A DNA stretch of 64,000 bases, from contig JAFGCB010000024.1 in NCBI GenBank assembly GCA_016932855.1, positions 2,813-66,812 of the forward strand, given 5' to 3'. Source of the DNA: Candidatus Omnitrophota bacterium (GTDB lineage Bacteria; Omnitrophota; Gorgyraeia; Duberdicusellales; Duberdicusellaceae). Below, piece after piece: positions 38,244-46,680 of the stretch. The number at the start of each line of letters is the position of its first letter. Positions within the stretch are counted from its first letter, which is position 1. A program made the position numbers and the translations under genes. Below the pieces are notes generated by a model, which ran no database searches, was not told the origin of the DNA, and saw nothing but the letters and a program-made list of their open reading frames with translations.

Positions 38244-39812
38244 TTAAACCTTAGCAGTTTCTTTTATTTTTTCAATAAGTGGCTTATCGACTAATCGGTT
38301 TCCCCAGTGGAAATCAGAGACTTCAAAGCCGTGTTTTTTGCCGAGGTTTCTTATTTCATCAATCTTTTCTATGGTTATGTTTCCGCGTCCGAAACTAAAG
38401 TTTTCAAAGCGTTTTTCTAGCGCAAGAATAATTGCTTCAGCAAAGCACCCGTACAGAGTCTCAGTTGTGGGCAGGCCGGTGTCGAAAGGAAATGTAATCG
38501 GCGTGGGAGTTTTGGTTAAGCCTCCGGAGAAAATAAGAATATCTTCCCGGGCGGTGGGCATATAGGAAACATTCTTTGGATATCCGACGTCACAGATTAT
38601 TGCGCCGGGCTTAAACCAACTGACATTAAGAATTGAAGCGCTTACGCTTGCGGCAGCAATAATAATATCAGCATCTCTTACGGCCTTTTCGTTGTCTGTG
38701 GAAGCGACAATTTCAGCTTTGTGTTTTTTTGCTAATTCGTGGCGTAAAGCCCGGAGGTTTGTCTTTGTCCGGCCGGTGATAGTTAATGTTTTTACTTTAT
38801 CGGACAATACTCTTGAGCAAGCGCTTCCGATATCGCCGGTACCACCGATTATAGCGACTTTCACTTGACTTACATCGAGATTTAAAAGTTGCGCGCCTTT
38901 TAGGACTCCATCAATAGCCATGGCTGCGGTAAAGGTATTTCCGGAGGTAAGAGGTACGTCAACTTCATGGGCAGCTTGGTGGCCTATTCTTTCTGCGACG
39001 ATAGAAGTAAAGCCACCCAGGGTTACGATTCCCACTCCTTGTTTTTCAGCGATTTTACAGGCTTTAACAACTTTGGAGAATATTGCCCATTTATCCTTCT
39101 CCATCATATCCGGGATAAAAGTGGCTACAATAAAGCATCCATCTACTGTTTGCCCGGTTTTGGAGCGAAAATCTTTAATGTCTGATAATTTGAACGACGG
39201 TGTTATCTGGAAAAGCTGGCCGAGAAATTCCTGCGACGGTATTTTAAAATCCGGGTTTAACATTTGAAGGCATCTGGCCAGATGATTAAAATTATAGAGA
39301 TGTCCGATAATGCCGAAGCCGGCTAATTTTTCGGTGTCGCCGTTTTTATAGCTGGTATACCTTGTGGATACCAGCCTTTTTTCCAGGGCCATTAATATTG
39401 CGGTAAAGTTGCTAGTAACTATTTGTTTCATAAAAGGTTCGGCAAAATCGCTTATTGCCGGGACACCTGCCCTCAGGTAAACTTTTAGGGAAACTAAAGT
39501 CCCTTCGGGGCGGTCTTCGAATTTCCACTCACCATGAAACTCTTCCAGGTCCCCTTCGATTGTCGTGAAACAGATGGTATTATTTTTTAAATCAAGAGTA
39601 TCTTCCTCTATCCAGCGTATAGGTACCTTGCTTACTTCTATTCGCCAATTTGTTTTCATTTTATTGTGAGTTTTCTCAATTACAGTAGCTTCCTTAACAC
39701 AAGGTACATATGACGGGAATTCCCACACTTTGGTTAAAAGTCGAACTACTCTCCATTTTTGGGCAGGGATTATTCTTGAAACGTTTACTTCGATTAGGTT
39801 TTTATCCGGCAT
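38244..39812 (-). CDS. SRPBCC/START domain fused to a long-chain acyl-ACP reductase (AAR)-like domain
   Basis: N-terminal ~150 aa cyclase/START-like; then FGIIGH, LGGFTSI, TSGNT, GGTGDIGSA, DVGYPKN, GCFAEA, NFSFGR, ITIEK, matching cyanobacterial AAR motifs as recalled. Confidence 0.8.
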   Translation of the reverse strand: MPDKNLIEVNVSRIIPAQKWRVVRLLTKVWEFPSYVPCVKEATVIEKTHNKMKTNWRIEVSKVPIRWIEEDTLDLKNNTICFTTIEGDLEEFHGEWKFEDRPEGTLVSLKVYLRAGVPAISDFAEPFMKQIVTSNFTAILMALEKRLVSTRYTSYKNGDTEKLAGFGIIGHLYNFNHLARCLQMLNPDFKIPSQEFLGQLFQITPSFKLSDIKDFRSKTGQTVDGCFIVATFIPDMMEKDKWAIFSKVVKACKIAEKQGVGIVTLGGFTSIVAERIGHQAAHEVDVPLTSGNTFTAAMAIDGVLKGAQLLNLDVSQVKVAIIGGTGDIGSACSRVLSDKVKTLTITGRTKTNLRALRHELAKKHKAEIVASTDNEKAVRDADIIIAAASVSASILNVSWFKPGAIICDVGYPKNVSYMPTAREDILIFSGGLTKTPTPITFPFDTGLPTTETLYGCFAEAIILALEKRFENFSFGRGNITIEKIDEIRNLGKKHGFEVSDFHWGNRLVDKPLIEKIKETAKV

Positions 39813-40398
39813 TGATTAACTCCTTGATTGTGTTTTTGGTTTTAAGAGTACCTTCCTGTAAGTAAATATCATTAATTACTTCCCCGAATTCTTTCAAAAT
39901 GAATACCGGTTTACCGATTTTTACTTTAATAGGAAGAAAGAATTTTGCGAATCGCGCTCCAAAAGGAAGGGCTTTGTAAGCGCCCAGGATTGCGCAGGGA
40001 AGAATAGGCCTGCCGGTTTTAGCGGCTAAAAGCGCTGCGCCTCTGCGAAATTCACCGAGACTTCCGTCAGTGCTAAGTTTTCCTTCCGGATACAGGCCCA
40101 CGTTTTTATTCTTTAATAATAATCGTACAGCCTTATCTGAGGCATTTCCAGTAGGCAAAGCTTCCACTTTTAAGAGAAACCATTTTATGAAGGCAATTCC
40201 GTAAAGATAACGGGCCACCAGGCAGTAGATTTTTTTGGGAACAGCAGCCATGATGATTAAAGGATCAAGAAAGCTGGCATGGTTGGCAACGATAATGAAA
40301 TTTGTTTTCTGGGGGATGTTTTCTAATCCCTCCACTTCAAATTTGTAAAATGTTTTGAAAAACACGCGAAATATAGCGCAAAATATATAGTACCACAT
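39802..40398 (-). CDS. 1-acyl-sn-glycerol-3-phosphate acyltransferase (PlsC family)
   Basis: NHASFLD, YPEG, FRRGA. Confidence 0.9.
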   Translation of the reverse strand: MWYYIFCAIFRVFFKTFYKFEVEGLENIPQKTNFIIVANHASFLDPLIIMAAVPKKIYCLVARYLYGIAFIKWFLLKVEALPTGNASDKAVRLLLKNKNVGLYPEGKLSTDGSLGEFRRGAALLAAKTGRPILPCAILGAYKALPFGARFAKFFLPIKVKIGKPVFILKEFGEVINDIYLQEGTLKTKNTIKELINAG

Positions 40399-40584
40399 CT
40401 ACTTATTATTGTTATTTTCCTGGTTTTCGACCCATTCCTCTATTTTAGCTTTTTTAAAGCGCCAGTGTTTACCGACCCTAAAGGCCGGGATTTTCCCGGT
40501 CCTTGCCAGTTGATAAAGACTCGAGCGAGGTATTTTTAAATATTTACAGACTTCTTCTGCGGTTAAGATTACTTCTTGTACCAT
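40399..40584 (-). CDS. Small excisionase/BldC-like HTH DNA-binding protein (HTH_17)
   Basis: LTAEEVCKYLKI..LY.LAR.GKIPAFRVGKHWRF. Confidence 0.9.
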   Translation of the reverse strand: MVQEVILTAEEVCKYLKIPRSSLYQLARTGKIPAFRVGKHWRFKKAKIEEWVENQENNNNK

Positions 40585-40592
40585 CTTAATTC

Positions 40593-40628
40593 ACGGTTCT
40601 AGCAGTTATAGCGGTTATAGCAGTTATG
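40593..40628. promoter_or_regulatory. Four tandem 9-bp direct repeats (gcRgttata), putative operator
   Basis: acggttcta-gcagttata-gcggttata-gcagttatg, lying between the -10 box and the HTH gene. Confidence 0.65.
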
Positions 40629-40654
40629 TTACAGGATAGCTAAAAGTTTGTCAA
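40626..40654 (-). promoter_or_regulatory. Sigma70 promoter of the island operon (TTGACA-N17-TAACAT)
   Basis: Perfect -35 hexamer and 17-bp spacer. Confidence 0.7.
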
Positions 40655-40715
40655 GCATTTCTTGGGAGATTTGCAACAGGTCATCGAATTATTATTCACG
40701 CAATAAAACCACGGT

Positions 40716-41405
40716 TTATGGGCTTTGAGGGGCTAGTTTAAAGGGTTTATCCCGGCAGGTATCAAAAAGTTCCTTTAAGTCTTCTAGGTTAGACAAAATC
40801 AGGAGTAAATCTTTCTTTTTATCCTTATCACAATTATCTAAAGCGACGGCGACTTCGGCAATCATTGCTTTTAGTGCTGTTTCATAATCTTCCTTATTGT
40901 CCGGCCCGACAAGGGGCAGGTTGATTGCCGCAGGGTCCATGAAGGAGACGACTATTGCTCCGTCGATTTCTTTGGTCGACAGATTAAGGCGGTAAACTAC
41001 GTGCAAGACCATGGGTTTTTCGCCGATAGAGGCATTTCCATCTTTTGCAACGGAATCGCCATTAATGCCGGGGAAGAAATTTTGGTCGCGAAGCCGAAAG
41101 ATGATTGAATGTTCAGTTAGCAACTCGTCATCATCTGCGGTTATCCCAACCATATTTTTGGTGATTTCAATTTCGGGTATTGTAAAATCTTGCCCATAAA
41201 GAGTCAGATTGCTGTTTATAGGTAAATCAACAGTCATTTCCATCTCTTTAAATTTCAACTTGTAGAGCTGCATGGGCGTAAACAGCGAATCAAGGGATAA
41301 CGCCGGCATTTGCGTATTGAAATCAGGTTTTACTTTTTCTCGGTCAGGGTATGTGCTATGCAGGCAAAAAAGAAACCCTATTACAAAAATCAATGTTTTT
41401 TTCAA
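40716..41405 (-). CDS. Hypothetical exported protein
   Basis: AGGAGG RBS before a TTG start; signal-peptide-like N-terminus; no recognised family. Confidence 0.65.
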   Translation of the reverse strand: MKKTLIFVIGFLFCLHSTYPDREKVKPDFNTQMPALSLDSLFTPMQLYKLKFKEMEMTVDLPINSNLTLYGQDFTIPEIEITKNMVGITADDDELLTEHSIIFRLRDQNFFPGINGDSVAKDGNASIGEKPMVLHVVYRLNLSTKEIDGAIVVSFMDPAAINLPLVGPDNKEDYETALKAMIAEVAVALDNCDKDKKKDLLLILSNLEDLKELFDTCRDKPFKLAPQSP

Positions 41406-41761
41406 GAAGACCTCCTGTTATAAAAAAAAACTGAACCCCTCGCCTCCCAGCGATAAGTTCATTTTAGAACAGGAGTATAGCATATTTTGGATCACTTTTC
41501 AACATATTCAAATATTCTCGTCCGACAGAACTGTTATGGATGAGGAACTTCGTAAAGAAAACGAAACGAAATACACGCGAAGTTGCTTTTCGAATTTTGG
41601 AATGGGTAGATTTAAGGGGTGATGGCGAAAGTGGTTTGTCGTGCGCCTGGCTTTAACGAAATTGAGGCGGTGCAAACAAAATTTTGCCGCCGAAAGTTAG
41701 AAATTTGTATTTTTTTTAAAGGTTTTTTGGGTGTGTAATTATTAAACATATTTAAAAAGTC

Positions 41762-41790
41762 TTGAAAATACTTGATGCTATTGCTAAAAT
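41762..41790 (+). promoter_or_regulatory. Plus-strand sigma70 promoter (TTGAAA-N17-TAAAAT, extended TG) with no downstream CDS
   Basis: Hexamers and spacer read from the sequence. Confidence 0.5.
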
Positions 41791-41849
41791 TATGTTACCT
41801 TAAAGTCGCTTTAAATGGGTCTCCATCGAGGGACCAAAGCCACGTATAT

Positions 41850-41889
41850 ACCCCTTCCCTGTCTATGTAGGGAAGGGGTTCTTTATTTC
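41850..41889 (+). terminator. Rho-independent terminator
   Basis: accccttccct/agggaaggggt stem followed by a T-rich tract; a second hairpin tttatttctcgc/gcgagaaataaa follows. Confidence 0.7.
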
Positions 41890-41965
41890 TCGCAAGGCGA
41901 GAAATAAATCCAACTGACAAATGACAAAATCCAAATGAAATCCAGAATCTATTGGGATTAGTTTA

Positions 41966-42652
41966 TTATTGGGAATCCCGTAGTTTTGACAAGTAAAATC
42001 TCGCAAGGGAAAGGTCGTGGGGAGTTGTTATTTTGAAATTCGAAGGAGAGGACGGAATAATCTTAACTTCTTTGTGTTTTTCGATTAAGATCACATCATC
42101 ATAGACATTTTTCGCCTTTTTACTTTTTGCCAAGAGATTTTTAATAAGTTTTACCCGGAGTCCCTGGGGAGTTTGAATCTGATAAATATTTCTTCTATCC
42201 AGGGTGCTTTTAACAATTTTTTGGCTATTCACAGACTTCAAGGTATCCTTGGCCGGTATTCCCGGAACCGCAGCCTCATATTTTTCTAAGGCAGAAATAA
42301 TCCTGGTAATCAGCTCTTTTTTTACGAATGGCCTGGCGGCATCGTGAATAAGGACATATTTAGCCTTAGGGCTAATACTTTCTAAGCCGTTAACAACAGA
42401 GTCTTTGCGCTGTCTTCCTCCGGCTATAACCTTTCCTGTCTTGTTAAATCCATAACGCCTGACTAAATCTTCAGCTTTTTTAATCTGATTTTTCCGGACA
42501 ACCAGTATGATTTCGCTGATTTTGGGGTGTTTCTGGAAGGTCTTCAGGCTGTAAAACAAGATAGGTTTGCTGCCCAGGGCAAGGAAAGCCTTAGGCTTTG
42601 CGCCCATGCGCTTGCCTTTGCCGGCGGCAACGATTATTGCATCAGTTTTCAT
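41966..42652 (-). CDS. ispD: 2-C-methyl-D-erythritol 4-phosphate cytidylyltransferase
   Basis: AAGKGKRM, GGRQRKDSV, IHDAARP, QTPQ, KITTPHD. Confidence 0.96.
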   Translation of the reverse strand: MKTDAIIVAAGKGKRMGAKPKAFLALGSKPILFYSLKTFQKHPKISEIILVVRKNQIKKAEDLVRRYGFNKTGKVIAGGRQRKDSVVNGLESISPKAKYVLIHDAARPFVKKELITRIISALEKYEAAVPGIPAKDTLKSVNSQKIVKSTLDRRNIYQIQTPQGLRVKLIKNLLAKSKKAKNVYDDVILIEKHKEVKIIPSSPSNFKITTPHDLSLARFYLSKLRDSQ

Positions 42653-42653
42653 G

Positions 42654-42739
42654 TTTAGCGTATAGCGGATAGCGTTTAGGGTGTAGCGATTAGGGATTGT
42701 TTATATCACTATAGGCTAACCGCTAAACCTTATACGCTC
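42654..42739. repeat. Inverted pair of degenerate 7-bp repeat arms (tagcgta / cgctaa family)
   Basis: tttagcgtatagcggatagcg... and ...ctaaccgctaaaccttatacgct. Confidence 0.6.
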
Positions 42740-43723
42740 TTATTGGACTACTTTGGTAAAGATTATCCGGCCGCTGGGGCTTTGGAGAATCGAGGTAACC
42801 TCTACTTTTACGGTCTTTCCTATCAGCCAGCGGGCGTTCTCCACTACTACCATTGTTCCGTCGTCTAAATAGCCTACTGCCTGGTTGTATTCTTTGCCTT
42901 CCCGGATAAGCTTTAAAGAGAACCGTTCGCCCGGCAGGAGTACCGGCTTTAAGGTTTCAGAAAGCTCGTTAATATTCAAAACTTTTACTTTTTGAAGGGC
43001 TGCTACTCTATTTAGATTGTAGTCGGTAGTCATTACCCGGGCGTCAAGAAGCTGGCCGAGCTTTACCAGCTTAGCGTCAGTATCAAGGCGGCCTTCAACT
43101 TCCTGTTCATGTATTTTCAGTTCAACGTCAGGCAGTCCCTGTAAGGTCTTTAAGATTTCAAGACCTCTTTGGCCGCGCTGGCGCTTGATGGGATCCTGGG
43201 AGTCGGAGATTATCTGGATTTCCTTAAGAATAAAGCGGGGAACAAAAAAGCGGGCTTCAATAAAGCCGGTTTTTATGATGTCTACAATTCTACCATCAAT
43301 AATCACGCTTGTATCAAGAAGTATAATATCCTGATACTGCTGTTGTTTTTTAAACTGGACATAAGGAATTACCAGGTGGAATTCGTCCTGGCCGCGCAGG
43401 CCTAAGACTAGTCCAATATAAGCAAAAACCATAAGAAAGATCGTATTAAGGGTTTCAATAAGAACTTCGTCTTTTATGCGAAGAAGCCCTAAGACACCCA
43501 TCATAATCCTGGCCAGAAGAATACCTAAAAGAAAGCCAAATACCGCTGAGGAAAGGCCTCGCAGGGAAATTTTCTTAGTGATATATTCAAAAAAGGCCAC
43601 AAAAGAAGAAATAACAAAAGCCAGGGTCATCCCCAAGAAGGGGTTATTATAGTTTGAGCCGACCTGAAACCCGATTATTACTGAGACAATAATAAAAAAT
43701 ATTCTTATTAACCAAAGTGCCAT
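42740..43723 (-). CDS. PIN/TRAM domain membrane protein (YacL-like)
   Basis: N-terminal TMs; LDTSVIIDGRI, TTDYNL, GYLDDGTMVVV. Confidence 0.93.
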   Translation of the reverse strand: MALWLIRIFFIIVSVIIGFQVGSNYNNPFLGMTLAFVISSFVAFFEYITKKISLRGLSSAVFGFLLGILLARIMMGVLGLLRIKDEVLIETLNTIFLMVFAYIGLVLGLRGQDEFHLVIPYVQFKKQQQYQDIILLDTSVIIDGRIVDIIKTGFIEARFFVPRFILKEIQIISDSQDPIKRQRGQRGLEILKTLQGLPDVELKIHEQEVEGRLDTDAKLVKLGQLLDARVMTTDYNLNRVAALQKVKVLNINELSETLKPVLLPGERFSLKLIREGKEYNQAVGYLDDGTMVVVENARWLIGKTVKVEVTSILQSPSGRIIFTKVVQ

Positions 43724-43818
43724 TGCAATCCTCCGTTAAAAAATTAAAATTACAGATAAAAAATTAAAATAAACCCAAAATTGACTTTCTGTTCTATTCT
43801 TTTCTTCCATTTTAATTT

Positions 43819-45156
43819 TTACGTTTTCATTTTTATTTTTTCAATCACCTCCTTTGCATTGTTAAATCCCAGGATATTAAGGCCGAAGAAATCCTTAGGA
43901 TTAAGCTTTTTGTGGTTTATTTCCGGGATAAAGGCCTGTTTAAAGCCTAAACGCTTTGCTTCCATGAGGCGCTGGGTAATATTATACGCTATTCTTAGCT
44001 CTCCGGAAAGCCCTACTTCACCGATAAAAATAGAGTCAGCCGGGACGACAAAATCCTGAGCGCTGGAGGCGACTGCCGCTACCAGGGCAAGGTCAGCAGT
44101 AGGGTCATCTATTCGTATGCCTCCGGTAATATTAACAAATACGTCCTGGGTAGCCAGATGAAGCCCCAGCCGCTTCTCAAGCATGGCTACAAGCAGGCTA
44201 AAGCGGTTAAAATCAAACCCTGAGGTTTTTCTGCGGATCATTCCGAAATTCCCCTTAGTTACCAGGGCCTGTATTTCTACAAGCATGGGGCGCATTCCTT
44301 CTAAGATGCAGGCGGTGCTTCTTCCGGGCATAATCTGGTTGTCCTGGGAGATAAAAATTGATGAGGGGTTTTCGACTTGCTCGAGGCCTTTTTGGGTCAT
44401 TTCAAAAACACCGATTTCACCTACTGAGCCGAACCTGTTCTTCATTGCCCGCAGGATTCTGAAATTTGAGTTTTTTTCACCTTCAAAGTATACCACGCAA
44501 TCAACAATATGCTCCATGACCTTAGGTCCGGAAATAACCCCTTCCTTGGTAACGTGGCCCACAATAATCAGGCATACGCCTGTTTTTTTGGCTTTTTCAG
44601 TCAGAACACCGGTGGTTTCCCTTACCTGGACCAGACTTCCGGCGGAGCCGCTTAGATAATTCAAACGCACGACCTGAATGGAATCGATTATTACGACTGA
44701 GAAGTCTTTGTCAAACAGCGGCAAAATATCTTCGATATTGTCTTCAGTGACTATAAAGAGGTTGTCAGGGCAAATACCTAAGCGTTTTGCTCTTAAGTTA
44801 ATTTGGTTTATTGATTCTTCGGCGCTTACATATAAAACTTTATTTTCCTGAGCAAGCTTGGCCGCGGTTTCAAGCAACAGGGTTGATTTGCCTACTCCCG
44901 GCTCACCGCCGATTAAGACTACTTCTCCTTTGACCAATCCTCCGCCAAGAACCCTGTCAAATTCGTTTATCCCGGTAGGCAATCTTTTTTCGGTGGTTTG
45001 CGCGAGTTCTTTTATGTTCACAAGGGTTACATCTTTAGTTTTTGCCGCCTTCCGGGGTTTTGCGTCTTCCTCTATAAAACTTTCCCAAAAGCCGCATTGA
45101 GGGCATTTGCCCAGCCATTTTAGAGTCTTATATCCGCAATTCGTACAGGCAAACAT
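43819..45156 (-). CDS. radA: DNA repair protein RadA/Sms
   Basis: C4 zinc finger, GEPGVGKST, KNRFG. Confidence 0.97.
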   Translation of the reverse strand: MFACTNCGYKTLKWLGKCPQCGFWESFIEEDAKPRKAAKTKDVTLVNIKELAQTTEKRLPTGINEFDRVLGGGLVKGEVVLIGGEPGVGKSTLLLETAAKLAQENKVLYVSAEESINQINLRAKRLGICPDNLFIVTEDNIEDILPLFDKDFSVVIIDSIQVVRLNYLSGSAGSLVQVRETTGVLTEKAKKTGVCLIIVGHVTKEGVISGPKVMEHIVDCVVYFEGEKNSNFRILRAMKNRFGSVGEIGVFEMTQKGLEQVENPSSIFISQDNQIMPGRSTACILEGMRPMLVEIQALVTKGNFGMIRRKTSGFDFNRFSLLVAMLEKRLGLHLATQDVFVNITGGIRIDDPTADLALVAAVASSAQDFVVPADSIFIGEVGLSGELRIAYNITQRLMEAKRLGFKQAFIPEINHKKLNPKDFFGLNILGFNNAKEVIEKIKMKT

Positions 45157-45215
45157 ATTTCTTCAGTTTAGGCTTGGCTAGTCACTCTACACTAGACGCT
45201 AACCGCTATACGCTT

Positions 45216-45908
45216 TTATTTACGGGGTTTGTGGAGTAGTTTCCAGGGATGCGTTTTCAAATCAGTAACAAATTCTTCGAGCTCAGTGTATAAAGCGTCT
45301 TCATAAAAAAGTTTACCTATTGTTCCCTTGCCTGATTTTAAGTCATTTAGAAGAGTTTCCAGATTTGTGGAGGCACCCTGGAGGCTTCCCACGAATTTTT
45401 TAAAGGTTTCGGTTATTTCCTGGTCTTCAACCAATTTGGCAAAGGAAGTTAATACTCTGTCAAAACGCACCAGAATATTACGGGCAAATTCCCCCATGCG
45501 ATATATAGGCACGGAATCCTGGCCGATAATCGAATCCCCGTCTTTAAGATAACCGGTGGGATCTTCCTTGGGTATAATTTCCAAATATTTTTGACCAAGG
45601 ATACTTAAGTTGTTTACAAAAGCTTCGGAACCCTGGGGTATCTTTACTGTCCGGCGTATCCAGGCATATACACATACTTTTGTTTTACCGCCTACGTTTA
45701 CCAGGGCGATATTTTTAACTTCGCCCACGTCGACTCCCGAAACCCTTACCGGCGAAGCAGGCTTCATCCCGTCGCCGAAATTAAAAAATACTTTGATAGT
45801 GTATCCGGGATTAAAAATTCTGAAATCATTGATGGAAAAAATCGCAATAATGAATATTACCAGAGCGCCTACTATAAATGCACCTAAGGCGATTTCTTTT
45901 GTTTTCAT
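45216..45908 (-). CDS. mlaD: MlaD/MCE family protein
   Basis: N-terminal TM; GMKPASPVRVSGVDVGEV; LGQKY. Confidence 0.88.
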   Translation of the reverse strand: MKTKEIALGAFIVGALVIFIIAIFSINDFRIFNPGYTIKVFFNFGDGMKPASPVRVSGVDVGEVKNIALVNVGGKTKVCVYAWIRRTVKIPQGSEAFVNNLSILGQKYLEIIPKEDPTGYLKDGDSIIGQDSVPIYRMGEFARNILVRFDRVLTSFAKLVEDQEITETFKKFVGSLQGASTNLETLLNDLKSGKGTIGKLFYEDALYTELEEFVTDLKTHPWKLLHKPRK

Positions 45909-45924
45909 CAGCTAAATCCCCCCT

Positions 45925-46677
45925 TTAAATATCAACTTCTTTAATCGGACCGGACATATTCCCGTCAATAAACTGCCGCAATTTCGAATCGTCAGTTTTT
46001 TTAAGATCTTCGGGTGTCCCGGTAAAGATTATCTTTCCTCCAAAAAGCATGGAGATAGAGTGCGCAATCTTAAAAGCGCTGTTTAAATCATGAGTAACTA
46101 CCACCGAGGTTGTACCCAGTTTATTCTGCAAGTTTTTTATAAGAGAATTAATCATATCCGCGCCGATAGGGTCGACTCCAGTAGTCGGTTCGTCATAGAG
46201 AAGAACCGAAGGATTAAAACAAAGAGCCCTGGCAATAGCTACTCTCTTTTTCATCCCGCCGCTTAATTCTTGAGGATATTTAGTTTCGATATCTTTAAGC
46301 CCTACCAGGCTTAAGGAATTTGTCACTTTTTCTTTTATTTCGGATTTAGAAAAGCGGGAGTTTTCATATAAAAGAAAACCCACGTTTTCCCGTATGTTTA
46401 AGGAATCAAAAAGAGCCGCGCCCTGGAAGACCATTCCGAATTTAATTCGTATTTTATCCAGCTCTTTTTCGCTTAAGGCGGTTATTTCCAGATCATCGAT
46501 AAATATCTTTCCGGCATCAGGCTTGATAATGCCGAGTATATGCTTAAGGAGCACGCTTTTGCCGCTTCCCGAACGGCCGATTATTACATGGGTTTTGGCG
46601 GCCTCTATAGACAGATTTACTCCCCGCAAAACCCGAAGGCCGTTAAAATTCTTTTGAAGCTCTTGTATTCTTATCAT
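45925..46677 (-). CDS. mlaF: ABC transporter ATPase, MlaF-like
   Basis: GRSGSGKS, FQGAALFDS, LSGGMKKRV, YDEPT. Confidence 0.9.
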   Translation of the reverse strand: MIRIQELQKNFNGLRVLRGVNLSIEAAKTHVIIGRSGSGKSVLLKHILGIIKPDAGKIFIDDLEITALSEKELDKIRIKFGMVFQGAALFDSLNIRENVGFLLYENSRFSKSEIKEKVTNSLSLVGLKDIETKYPQELSGGMKKRVAIARALCFNPSVLLYDEPTTGVDPIGADMINSLIKNLQNKLGTTSVVVTHDLNSAFKIAHSISMLFGGKIIFTGTPEDLKKTDDSKLRQFIDGNMSGPIKEVDI

Positions 46678-46680
46678 TTC

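Noticed and set aside
40399-40584. Excisionase marking a prophage or ICE
   Set aside because: No integrase, att repeats, phage or conjugation genes; it heads a metabolic operon, so a regulator is more likely
41272-41622. 116-aa plus-strand ORF
   Set aside because: Overlaps the better-supported minus-strand gene that has an RBS; no motifs
41600-41700. Possible c-di-GMP riboswitch upstream of the exported protein
   Set aside because: Could not match the GEMM consensus on either strand by eye; an Infernal search would be needed
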